Source: Bacteroidales bacterium (GTDB lineage Bacteria; Bacteroidota; Bacteroidia; Bacteroidales; UBA3824). From it: a stretch of DNA of 64,000 nt. Position numbers and translations under genes: made by a program. The notes under the pieces were generated by a model. That model saw nothing but the letters and a program-made list of their open reading frames with translations. It was not told the DNA's origin and did no database searches. This document shows, in pieces, positions 1 through 8,727 of the stretch (position 1 is the stretch's first letter; the number at the start of each line of letters is the position of its first letter). The DNA lies in the NCBI GenBank assembly GCA_045597465.1, contig JAZLKG010000008.1, positions 15,859-79,858 on the forward strand, given 5' to 3'.

Positions 1-56
1 TTTTTCGCTCCATAAATCAGTATCGGTTTTTCGTGCCCCAAATATACAAAAAAATT

Positions 57-923
57 TCAACCAAACAGGCCAACGTCACGTTTCTTTTTTATGCCAAAGA
101 AATACGAGACATCCAGCATTGGATATGCCATGAACTTGAAATCGCCGTACACCGTTCCATACAGCAGTTTCACGCCGGCCTGAAGCATCACATTGCCTTT
201 CATGCCGAAGTATCCGTAGAGGAAAAGCTTGTTTTCGCCGCTCCAGTCTTTCACGTTCCAATCCACTGAATAGAAATCGCCGTCCACCAGTAGATTAAGC
301 TTGTCGGTGATATGGATGTCGAGATCGAGACCGGCAAACCAGACTATCGTGTCGAGGCACACCACTGTCTCGCGGTACCAGAGCTGACGGTCCACAGGGG
401 GCATGGTGGCGTCTTTCTTTATCTTGAACGAGTTTTTGACTCCGGCCCTCAGAGTCAGGAAAAAGTTGGCGGGGTCGCACAGGGTCTTTTTCTTCAGCAT
501 CAGCGACACCCTGAGCTCGTTGCGCATGGTAATCACATTGGGCACCACGCAGGTGTCCGATATGAACGAGGGCTTGTGTTTCTGCACGCTCTTGAAAAAC
601 ATGGTGGGATAGTCCAGGTTGTGGACCGTGGCGAAATATATGTCCCTCTCCTTGAAGAAACCCTCGCCATCGCGCACGGGCTTGTGTATCCATGTGTGCT
701 TGAGGCCCACGTTGGGCAGTTTCCAGTCCAGGAACAGGGTGCTGAAGACCTCGGTCTTCTTGCCGCATCCATATCTGGAGGGCGAGAATGCCGATATCTC
801 AAAATTGTTTCTGGGGATGGTGATGGCTGTGGGGCGGCTCTGGAATGGGGCCTGCGCCTGCAGATTGTGCGGCATCAGGATCACCGCCATCAGCGATAAT
901 ATAATAAGGAGTGTGTTTCTCAT
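57..923 (-). CDS. hypothetical exported protein (signal peptide; possible outer-membrane protein)
   Basis: 288-aa ORF with an N-terminal signal peptide MRNTLLIILSLMAVILMPHNLQAQA. Last gene of a tightly spaced same-strand trio. No catalytic motif recognised. Confidence 0.55.
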   Translation of the reverse strand: MRNTLLIILSLMAVILMPHNLQAQAPFQSRPTAITIPRNNFEISAFSPSRYGCGKKTEVFSTLFLDWKLPNVGLKHTWIHKPVRDGEGFFKERDIYFATVHNLDYPTMFFKSVQKHKPSFISDTCVVPNVITMRNELRVSLMLKKKTLCDPANFFLTLRAGVKNSFKIKKDATMPPVDRQLWYRETVVCLDTIVWFAGLDLDIHITDKLNLLVDGDFYSVDWNVKDWSGENKLFLYGYFGMKGNVMLQAGVKLLYGTVYGDFKFMAYPMLDVSYFFGIKKKRDVGLFG

Positions 924-954
924 AATAATGATGCTGAATAGTTTTTGTGGCGTG

Positions 955-1677
955 TCACCACATCTTCCTGGTGTCGCGCGATACCTGATACCCTATGCAT
1001 AGCACAAAACCGTAGTTGAACGATACGGGGGCCAGGTATTCCAGGTAGTCGCGGAAGGTGGACACATAGAACTGCCCGTCCACAACCACGTGCTTGTAAT
1101 ATACTCCTCCGCCAAAGAGCAGGTAGTTCTGGAATCTCTTTGGAGTCCACGACGGAATGTTGTTGCGGCGCTTGAACAGCTCCACGAGCTGCGGGTTGGT
1201 GCGTCCGTCCACCGTGGATACGGATTCCAGCAGCACCTCGCGGTCCTCGTCGAACATCCAGCCCAGTGCGGTGCCGGCATATCCGTAGTATCTGGCATGG
1301 GCGCGGTGCTCGGTGCCGAACTTGAATTTCACTGGCACCAGCAGGTTCGAGAACCTTGTCCTGACGTTGTATGGGGCTATGTACCCATCGGGCTGATACA
1401 CATAGTGGAATGTGCATCCGGCTCCCAGATAGGCCAGGCCCACCGTGGCAAACCTGTAGCGCAGAAACCTGTAGGCATACTCGGTCTCCCAGTAGTAGTT
1501 CACCATCTTGCCCGACTTGTCGGCGGCATCGCGCGGAGGCACGGTTACATTGCCGATGGAGACTCCGCCCTTCATGGTGTACTGCTGGGCCGCGCACGGC
1601 ATCAGGCAGGCAGCGTCAATGGCAGCCAGCATCAGCAACATGGACAATATCCTGCGTATCGTATGGATGGAGCTCAT
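955..1677 (-). CDS. hypothetical exported protein, probable outer-membrane beta-barrel
   Basis: 240-aa ORF with an ATG start at 1677 and a signal-peptide-like N-terminus (LSMLLMLAAIDAACLMPCAAQQ). Alternating aromatic/Gly-rich segments and an aromatic C-terminal residue. Only 2 nt separate it from the upstream porin-like gene. Confidence 0.5.
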   Translation of the reverse strand: MSSIHTIRRILSMLLMLAAIDAACLMPCAAQQYTMKGGVSIGNVTVPPRDAADKSGKMVNYYWETEYAYRFLRYRFATVGLAYLGAGCTFHYVYQPDGYIAPYNVRTRFSNLLVPVKFKFGTEHRAHARYYGYAGTALGWMFDEDREVLLESVSTVDGRTNPQLVELFKRRNNIPSWTPKRFQNYLLFGGGVYYKHVVVDGQFYVSTFRDYLEYLAPVSFNYGFVLCIGYQVSRDTRKMW

Positions 1678-1679
1678 AT

Positions 1680-2411
1680 CTATCGTCGTCGGTAAGTTGA
1701 TGACCTTCGGTTGTTTACGATGAAGAAGCCTGCCGACACGCTAAAGAGCTGATTGCGCAGGGCGTCGGCCTTGGTGCGCGGACTCTCCTCCACAGAGAAG
1801 AAGCCGATCTTGTAGCTGGCGTCGATGAAGAAATCGAAGTTGCTGCGGCCCAGCGATGTGCGGAACCCGACATTGATGCTGGCTCCCACGTCGAACTGGC
1901 GGAGGCTGTTGATGAAGCTCTGGTTGTAGGTGCGGCCCACGGCAGATGTGTCGGTACTGCTGTCGTAGTACACGATGGAGTCGCGGCCGTAGATGGTCTG
2001 GCTCTCCTTCTTGGACGTGGCCTTCATGGCCAGCGACGCGTATGGACCTACCTTGGCGTACAGGTCGCCAAACTCCTGCTTCCAGAGTATGGGAATGTTT
2101 ATGTAGTCCACGTATCTGGTGATGGTGGTCTTCTCTCGGATATAGTTTTTTACCGGGAAACCGTCGGTGTATATCCTTACACCCTGCTGCGAGTATATGG
2201 CGCTCACCTCCAGGTACGACATGTAGGCCAGCGGAAACTCTACATGTACACCCGTGCAAATGGCCCTGCGGGGATCGTAGTCGTCGGTGCGGTCGCGGCC
2301 CACAAGGTTGGAGAAATTGGCTCCCATGCTGAAACCTATATTTGTAGACTGGGCGAAACAGGCCACAGACAGCACTACAAGCGCCGATATCAATGCTAAT
2401 CGTCTGAACAT
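1680..2411 (-). CDS. porin-family / PorT-like outer-membrane beta-barrel protein
   Basis: 243 aa with signal peptide MFRRLALISALVVLSVACFAQ. The motif STNIGFSMGANFSNLVG is typical of the OMP_b-brl_2 family, with alternating beta-strand patterns throughout. Confidence 0.65.
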   Translation of the reverse strand: MFRRLALISALVVLSVACFAQSTNIGFSMGANFSNLVGRDRTDDYDPRRAICTGVHVEFPLAYMSYLEVSAIYSQQGVRIYTDGFPVKNYIREKTTITRYVDYINIPILWKQEFGDLYAKVGPYASLAMKATSKKESQTIYGRDSIVYYDSSTDTSAVGRTYNQSFINSLRQFDVGASINVGFRTSLGRSNFDFFIDASYKIGFFSVEESPRTKADALRNQLFSVSAGFFIVNNRRSSTYRRR

Positions 2412-2588
2412 AAGTATGCGTGTGAATCGTTAGTTTCTGATTATAAAATTCCTTATTACTACTAACGGAATTTATCCTGCAAAATTATTAATAATATGCA
2501 AAAAATGTGCAAAGTATGCGCAAAAAAAATCTTTGTTAATAAATCAAAAAAAGTAGCACAAAAATATTGCGGGGTTCGAAAATAATGC

Positions 2589-2596
2589 TAAATTTG
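2589..2596 (+). promoter_or_regulatory. Bacteroidota-type -7 promoter box (TAAATTTG) for the RRM gene
   Basis: Matches the TAnnTTTG consensus and lies about 50 nt upstream of the ATG at 2647. Confidence 0.5.
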
Positions 2597-2646
2597 CATC
2601 GCAATTTTAAGCAAAACAATTTTTAATTTTTCATTCAATTTTTAAT

Positions 2647-3522
2647 ATGAACATCTATATTGCAAATTTGAGTTTAGAAGTTACCGACGAGGACTTAAGA
2701 GATCTTTTTTCCCCTTATGGAACAATCAATTCAGTAAAAGTAATCATCGACAAAGAGACTGGCAAATCCAAGGGTTTCGGTTTCGTTGAAATGCCCAACG
2801 AAGAGGAGGGACAGGCCGCCATCGACGCGCTCAACGGCCAGACAATTCATTTCGACGACGACACCGAGGGCTCGGAGGCCAAGGAAATCAAGGTATCAGT
2901 AGCACGCCCACGTCAGCAGAACAACAACAATCAGGGTGGTTTCCGCCAGCAGAACAACGGCGGTTTCCAGCAGAGACGCCAGTTCAACAACAACGGCGGC
3001 TTCCGCCAGCAGAACAACGGTGGTTTCCGTCCAAGACGCCAGTTCAACAACAACGGCTACAACAACGGCGGTTACAACAACTACAACAACGGCTACAACA
3101 ACGGCTACAACAACAACGGCTACAACAACAGATACAACGACAAATACAGCGAGCAGGGCTACAACGGTGGCAACGCCGCCCAGGGCGAGGAGCACGCCGA
3201 GGAAGGCCAGCAGCAGAACTCCTACAACGGATACAGCAGCAACGGATACAACAACGGCGGATACAACAACAACGGATACCGCCCACGCCGCCAGTACAAC
3301 AACAATGGATACAACAACGGCGGATACAACCGTGGATACAACAACCGCGGATACAACAACCGTGGCTACAACAACAATTACAACAACAACTACAACAACG
3401 GCTACAACAACTACAACAACGGCTACGGCCAGCAGGACGGCCAGCAGGACAACTACCGCCCATACAACGCACCCCAGGCCAACACAGAGTCGTCGTCCGA
3501 CGAGACTCCAAAGGCAGAATAA
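2647..3522 (+). CDS. RRM-domain RNA-binding protein with a long N/G/Y/Q/R-rich low-complexity C-terminal tail
   Basis: N-terminal RRM with RNP-2 (IYIANL) and RNP-1 (KGFGFVEM) motifs. From about residue 85 to 291 the sequence is repeats of GGFRQQNN, RRQFNNNG and NNGY/YNN. Confidence 0.9.
   Translation: MNIYIANLSLEVTDEDLRDLFSPYGTINSVKVIIDKETGKSKGFGFVEMPNEEEGQAAIDALNGQTIHFDDDTEGSEAKEIKVSVARPRQQNNNNQGGFRQQNNGGFQQRRQFNNNGGFRQQNNGGFRPRRQFNNNGYNNGGYNNYNNGYNNGYNNNGYNNRYNDKYSEQGYNGGNAAQGEEHAEEGQQQNSYNGYSSNGYNNGGYNNNGYRPRRQYNNNGYNNGGYNRGYNNRGYNNRGYNNNYNNNYNNGYNNYNNGYGQQDGQQDNYRPYNAPQANTESSSDETPKAE
2941..3060 (+). repeat. near-identical 60-nt tandem duplication inside the RRM low-complexity tail
   Basis: 2941-3000 and 3001-3060 both read ttccgccagcagaacaacgg.ggtttcc...agacgccagttcaacaacaacggc with only a few substitutions. 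They encode FRQQNNGGF(Q/R)(Q/P)RRQFNNNG twice. Confidence 0.9.
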
Positions 3523-3574
3523 TCCAAGCCGCTGAGGTTTTCACAAGCCCCAGACACAACAATCAAGAAAATAT

Positions 3575-3626
3575 GGCAGGCGCGCCCATATCCCCAAGGC
3601 GGGTAAGGCGGGCCTGCCGTTTTTTA
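3575..3626 (+). terminator. intrinsic terminator after the RRM gene
   Basis: Stem ggcaggc (3575-3581) pairs with gcctgcc (3612-3618), followed by gttttttatcc. Confidence 0.6.
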
Positions 3627-3653
3627 TCCCATCACCTCAAACACACCCATACA

Positions 3654-4592
3654 ATGAAAATATCAGTAGTATCGCCTGTATACATGGGAGAGCGCATGGT
3701 GGAGAGCCTTGCCCGCAGGACAACTGAGACCATGGAGGCCATGGACTGCCAATACGAGATAATACTCGTAAACGACTGCTCGCCCGACATGTCGTGGCAG
3801 CAGATAAGGCAGTGCTGCGCAGCCAACCAGCACATAAAAGGCGTAAACCTGTCCAGAAACTTCGGACAGCACCAGGCGATAGCCGCAGGCCTAAGCATAG
3901 CATCAGGAGACTACATGGTGGTGATGGACTGCGACCTCCAGGACCAGCCCGAGGAAATACCCAACCTGATGCGCAAGGCCATGGAAGGCTACGACATTGT
4001 ATTGGCCAGCCGCGTCAACAGGCAGGACAGCGCATGGAAAAAACTGTCATCGAGGATATTCCACTGGATACTCAACAAGACCACCGACCTTGGCACCGAC
4101 CACACAGTGGCCAACTTCGGCATATACTCGCGCCGGGTGATAGAACAGTACAACAAGATGCCGGAGCAGACCAAACTCCTGGGCGCGCAGATAAAATACC
4201 TGGGATACACCCGCGCCACCATCCCCGTGGAGCACATGCCCCGGCAGGAAGGCAAATCCAGCTACAGCATCGGCAGGCTGGCAAGGCTGGCCGCCAGCGC
4301 CATAATAGCAAACTCCAACAAGCCCCTGCACTGGGCGGCCAAGATGGGCCTGATAATGTCCGCAATGTCGTTTGCCCTCGCCTTATATAATATAGTGGCC
4401 AAGATATGCGGGATAATATCGCTGCCGGGCTATACGACCACGGTATTCTCAATATGGTTCGTGGGCGGGCTGATACTCATGATGCTGGGAGTGATAGGCC
4501 TCTACATAGGCAAGATATTCGACCAGGTAAACGCCAGACAGCCATACATAATAATGGACACAATCAACCTGGAAGGGCAGATAAAAGAATAG
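3654..4592 (+). CDS. family 2 glycosyltransferase with C-terminal TM helices (bactoprenol/polyprenyl-phosphate glycosyltransferase, GtrB-like)
   Basis: MKISVVSPVYMGE start (the ORF-track N-terminal extension from 3573 was trimmed). Contains the DXD motif VVMDCDLQD and two C-terminal hydrophobic helices. Confidence 0.8.
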   Translation: MKISVVSPVYMGERMVESLARRTTETMEAMDCQYEIILVNDCSPDMSWQQIRQCCAANQHIKGVNLSRNFGQHQAIAAGLSIASGDYMVVMDCDLQDQPEEIPNLMRKAMEGYDIVLASRVNRQDSAWKKLSSRIFHWILNKTTDLGTDHTVANFGIYSRRVIEQYNKMPEQTKLLGAQIKYLGYTRATIPVEHMPRQEGKSSYSIGRLARLAASAIIANSNKPLHWAAKMGLIMSAMSFALALYNIVAKICGIISLPGYTTTVFSIWFVGGLILMMLGVIGLYIGKIFDQVNARQPYIIMDTINLEGQIKE

Positions 4593-4637
4593 ATGAAAAA
4601 TGACAGAAATAATTGCACGTTTTTGAGTTTTGTTTTG

Positions 4638-4645
4638 TATATTTG
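4638..4645 (+). promoter_or_regulatory. -7 promoter box (TATATTTG) upstream of the MCP gene
   Basis: TAnnTTTG match 55 nt upstream of the ATG at 4700, which implies the MCP gene has its own promoter. Confidence 0.5.
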
Positions 4646-4699
4646 CAGACCGGCAGCACAACATTTGCACGCAATTTGCAACAGCCCGGTAATACAACA

Positions 4700-6595
4700 A
4701 TGAAAAAAAATAATCCTCTCGATATGGAACAGAAAAAGAACAAATTGGGATTGAAAGGCACCCTGTTTCTGATGATGGCAGTATCAGGAACGCTGTTTTT
4801 GGGAGCCACACTGCTTATAGTATACATAGTATCCAAGGAGATACTCAACGACACCATAAGCCAGAGCATACGCAAGCAGCTGGAATCCGTATCCAACACC
4901 CTGGTGGTGCAGTCAACGGGATTCAGCGACAAGAACATGACCGCGCTGTCGAACATAAAAGCCTCCATAGACTTGCTGGGCGGCATCAGGGAATACGACT
5001 CCACGGTAGTACTGAGCGGCAACGAAACCCGCCTGTGGAAGATAAACGGAAAGCCACTCCACAAATCCGACATAGCAGCCCAGCTGTCGGCGGGCATGCC
5101 GGGATTCTACTTCTCGATATACCAGAAGACTCCCAAGGGCTACGTCATAGTGGCCACCACCATAACAGACCAAGGCGGCAAAAACGGAGCAGGAGTCCTG
5201 ATGCCCCCATCCGACCCCACAGCCCAGGCCATAGAACAAGGACAGAACCCCGAGGGCTTCGCCGAGGTACTGGGCCAGAAACTCGTATCATTCAGCAAGC
5301 CGCTGATACTTAACGGACAGACCAGAGGCATACTCACCATGAGCATCAACGCCGAGCTGCTGCGCGCATCGAGCCAGCAGCAATACACAGAAACAGTACT
5401 CGAAACCGGATTCATGGCATGGGTAAACACACTGTCGAAAAACGTGCTCAAGGCCGACGGATCGCCGTACTGCACCCTGCCCGACGATACTTACCAGACA
5501 ATAACCTCAAGCCAGAGCCCTGAGGTAAACCTGCTGCAGTTCCAGCACGACGGCGAGCTCCACGAGATACAGTACCTCTTCAACCCCTACGCCGGCGAAT
5601 ACCTCGCATTCGTATATCCAGTGGCAGAGAAATTCAGCAAGCTTTTCAGGCTGATACTGCTGTTCACCATAATACTCGTAATAGTGGTGGCTGTATTGTC
5701 CATACTGCTCAACAGCTTCATCAACAAGACCATGAGAGCCATTGGAGGCGAGCCTGAGGACGTGGAGACCGCGGTATCCAAGATGGCCGACGGCGACGTA
5801 CGCGTCTCCCAGGAAGAGATAGCTAACTCTACAGGCATACTCCACGCCAGCCGCAAGACCGCCGACAACCTGCGCAAGATGCTCCACAGCATGCTGACAG
5901 GAGCCGACAACCTATCCAACTCCAGCCAGGAGATCAACAGGACAACACAGCAGCTCTCAAGCATCTGCAACGAGCAGGCAGCCACTGCCGACCAGATAGT
6001 GCAGTCGGTAAACTACATACAGACAGAGATAGCCAACAACGGCGACAAGAGACAGCAGACAGTCAAGATAGCCGAGAAGATAAAAGCCGACGTACAGGAC
6101 ATCCAGGTAACACAGAACAACAACCTGGAAGCCGTACGCAACATCACCGACAAGATAAACATAATCAACGACATAGCATTCCAGACCAACATACTGGCCC
6201 TGAACGCCGCCGTAGAAGCCGCACGCGCCGGCGAGCACGGCAAGGGATTCGCCGTGGTGGCATCGGAAATCAGGAAACTGGCCGAGAAATGCAAGTCGTC
6301 CGCAACCGACATCATAGATGGCGCCGAGAAGACCGTGCAGATCACCGAGATAGCCCACAAGCGACTGGCAGACATACTGCCCGAGGTAGACAAATGCGCA
6401 CAGCTGATGAACGAGATAGCCGAGGCCGGCAACAACCAGCTGATGTCGATATCGATGATAGACGACAACGTAAAACAGCTGAACACCTCAATACAATCCA
6501 ACGCCGCATCCAGCGAGGAGCTGGCGGTATCGGCAGAGGAACTGAACGGCCAGGCCGAAATCTTCAAGGACTCCACCAAGAAGTTCAAGGTATAG
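4700..6595 (+). CDS. methyl-accepting chemotaxis protein (two TM helices, roughly 280-aa periplasmic Cache-like sensor, MCP signalling domain)
   Basis: Near-consensus signalling hairpin tip [40 protein letters not shown]1 is [25 protein letters not shown] and TM2 is [20 protein letters not shown], with a GGEPEDV motif after TM2. Start chosen at MKKNNPL (4700) rather than the ORF-track 4613. Confidence 0.9.
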   Translation: MKKNNPLDMEQKKNKLGLKGTLFLMMAVSGTLFLGATLLIVYIVSKEILNDTISQSIRKQLESVSNTLVVQSTGFSDKNMTALSNIKASIDLLGGIREYDSTVVLSGNETRLWKINGKPLHKSDIAAQLSAGMPGFYFSIYQKTPKGYVIVATTITDQGGKNGAGVLMPPSDPTAQAIEQGQNPEGFAEVLGQKLVSFSKPLILNGQTRGILTMSINAELLRASSQQQYTETVLETGFMAWVNTLSKNVLKADGSPYCTLPDDTYQTITSSQSPEVNLLQFQHDGELHEIQYLFNPYAGEYLAFVYPVAEKFSKLFRLILLFTIILVIVVAVLSILLNSFINKTMRAIGGEPEDVETAVSKMADGDVRVSQEEIANSTGILHASRKTADNLRKMLHSMLTGADNLSNSSQEINRTTQQLSSICNEQAATADQIVQSVNYIQTEIANNGDKRQQTVKIAEKIKADVQDIQVTQNNNLEAVRNITDKINIINDIAFQTNILALNAAVEAARAGEHGKGFAVVASEIRKLAEKCKSSATDIIDGAEKTVQITEIAHKRLADILPEVDKCAQLMNEIAEAGNNQLMSISMIDDNVKQLNTSIQSNAASSEELAVSAEELNGQAEIFKDSTKKFKV

Positions 6596-6643
6596 CGTAT
6601 CAGCTATCCAAACACCATAATACACCAAACACCCCAAAAAGCT

Positions 6644-8722
6644 ATGATTATGAATAGAATCACCAAGATACTGATGCTGATATCGGCCCTGATGATATCG
6701 CAGGTATGCCAGGCATACATAAGGCTGCCACACATAATAGCCGACCACATGGTACTACAGCAGAAAAGCCAGTGCCCGATATGGGGATGGGCCAATCCCG
6801 GTGAGGAGGTGGAGGTGGAATGCTCCTGGGGAGTAAAAGCCAGGGCCATAACCAGCGTAAGCGGACGATGGGAGGTTACCATAACAACACCATCGTACGG
6901 AGGCCCGTACACCATAACAATGAGGGGCGACAACACAATCACCATCGGCGACGTGATGATAGGTGACGTCTATCTGGCCGTGGGAGAGATAAACATGCAG
7001 ATAGCACTCCACGGCATGGGCGCCGACACCATCATTGGAGGTCAGCAGGCCATAAGGGAAGCCGCTGCCAGCAACAACCACAACATCAGGGCAATAGGAA
7101 TACCTCAGCGCGCATCATTCAAGGAAGAGGAAGACGTGGCCGCATACTGGGTGGATATCACCGACCCCACCCTGGAATACATGAGCGCTCTGGCATATTT
7201 CTTCGCAGTAAAAGTATACCAGGAGACCGGAGTACCAATCGGAATAGTAAATCCGGCATGGGGCGGCAGCAAGGCAGAAAGCTGGATTAGCGAGGAATAC
7301 CTGTCGAAACTGCCCGAATACAAGAGCGAGATAGAGCAATACCATGCGGGAATCCCCCAACAGGAGATACTGTCGAAATGGGTAAAAGGCCATGAGAAGG
7401 GCAACCTGAGCAAGGGTTTCGAAGGAATGAAGTTTTCGGACACCGAATGTGCCCGCATATCGTACGACGACAGCGAATGGCCCAAGATAATGATACCATG
7501 CTACTACGACAACGACAACCTCGTGGGAGCCTTCGACGGAGCGGTATGGTTCCGCAAGTGGGTAGAGATTCCCGACGAATGGCAGGAGAAACAGCTGATA
7601 CTATCGCTGGGCCCCATCGACGACATGGACGAGACTTTCGTAAACGGCGAGCTGGTGGGCCGCCACATGGGTCCGGGACATTTCAGCACCAACCGTGTAT
7701 ACAAGATACACCCGGGCCTGGTAAGGACGGGCAAAATGCTTGTGGCAGTGCGCATGATAGACAACGGAAACGCCGGAGGCATCTGCGGACGCCCCGAGCT
7801 CCTAAAGATTTACCCCGAAAACGAGGAGGACAACAACATATCGATAGCCGGAGAATGGTCGTATCAGCCTGTGGCAGAGCTATACGACGACGAATACTAC
7901 ATGTACAACTACCGAAACAAGGAATTCGACCAGCGCCCAAAGATAAACATCACACTCAACAACAAGACGCTGTTCTCCACATTCAACGCCATGATGAAGC
8001 CCGTGGCGCCATATTCCATAAAGGCTGCACTGTGGTGCCAGGGCGAGAGCAACCACATACTGGGCCGCGAGGAGGCATACTACAAGCTGCTGCCTCAGCT
8101 GGCCGAATGCTGGAGAAAGGAATTCAAGTCGCCCGACATGAAATTCTTCTACACACAGCAGTATCCGTACCCATACCAGAGAACCGTAATGTCATACGAA
8201 TTCAGAGAGGCCCAGCGCCGCTGCCTTGCCGAGATACCAAACTCGGCCATGGCGTGCATGATGGATTTCGGCAACCAGGCATCACTCACCACACACACCA
8301 AGAAAGGCGAAGGCGAGCGACTGGCCCTGCTGGCCCTGAAGGAGATACACGGCAAAAACGTGGAGTCAATGGGTCCCGAGCTGGAAACCTTTACCGTAAA
8401 CCGCAACAACAGCTCCATAGAGCTCACATTCACTCATACAACAGGCGGACTGAAGCTGAACGGCGACCCAAGCAAGGATTTCGAGATATCGGACAACAGC
8501 GGAGTATTCGTGCCGGCCAACGCCGTAATAGAGGGCAACAAGATAATAGTATCGAGCCCTGAGGTAAACAAACCGAGAAACGTGCGCTACTGCTGGAGAA
8601 ACTGGGTGGAATCGCCATCACTCTACAACGGAGCAGGACTGCCCGCATCATCATTCACCACCGAGAAATCATTCACCGTGGACAGCGAGGCAATGCAGAA
8701 ATCGCTCAAAAACGGAAACTAA
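6644..8722 (+). CDS. sialate O-acetylesterase family protein (SASA/DUF303-type carbohydrate esterase with an inserted beta-sandwich domain)
   Basis: Signal peptide followed by LPHIIADHMVLQQ...PIWGWA, which is typical of 9-O-acetylesterases. 692 aa with a galactose-binding-like middle region. Confidence 0.75.
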   Translation: MIMNRITKILMLISALMISQVCQAYIRLPHIIADHMVLQQKSQCPIWGWANPGEEVEVECSWGVKARAITSVSGRWEVTITTPSYGGPYTITMRGDNTITIGDVMIGDVYLAVGEINMQIALHGMGADTIIGGQQAIREAAASNNHNIRAIGIPQRASFKEEEDVAAYWVDITDPTLEYMSALAYFFAVKVYQETGVPIGIVNPAWGGSKAESWISEEYLSKLPEYKSEIEQYHAGIPQQEILSKWVKGHEKGNLSKGFEGMKFSDTECARISYDDSEWPKIMIPCYYDNDNLVGAFDGAVWFRKWVEIPDEWQEKQLILSLGPIDDMDETFVNGELVGRHMGPGHFSTNRVYKIHPGLVRTGKMLVAVRMIDNGNAGGICGRPELLKIYPENEEDNNISIAGEWSYQPVAELYDDEYYMYNYRNKEFDQRPKINITLNNKTLFSTFNAMMKPVAPYSIKAALWCQGESNHILGREEAYYKLLPQLAECWRKEFKSPDMKFFYTQQYPYPYQRTVMSYEFREAQRRCLAEIPNSAMACMMDFGNQASLTTHTKKGEGERLALLALKEIHGKNVESMGPELETFTVNRNNSSIELTFTHTTGGLKLNGDPSKDFEISDNSGVFVPANAVIEGNKIIVSSPEVNKPRNVRYCWRNWVESPSLYNGAGLPASSFTTEKSFTVDSEAMQKSLKNGN

Positions 8723-8727
8723 AAACA

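Noticed and set aside
2896-3562. Three overlapping ORFs (2896-3195 minus, 2936-3535 plus, 3044-3562 minus) across the RRM tail, encoding poly-V/A, poly-T and poly-C/R proteins.
   Set aside because: They are alternative-frame readings of the AAC/GGC/TAC-rich low-complexity DNA. Only the frame continuous with the RRM domain makes biological sense.
3573-3653. N-terminal extensions of ORF-track entries: 3573, 4613, 10711, 25268-26722, 40219, 41753, 51646-52638, 53668-54507 and 61134-62594.
   Set aside because: The extensions cross terminators, promoters, repeats or the preceding gene, and they precede Met residues that give family-typical N-termini. The shorter starts were used.
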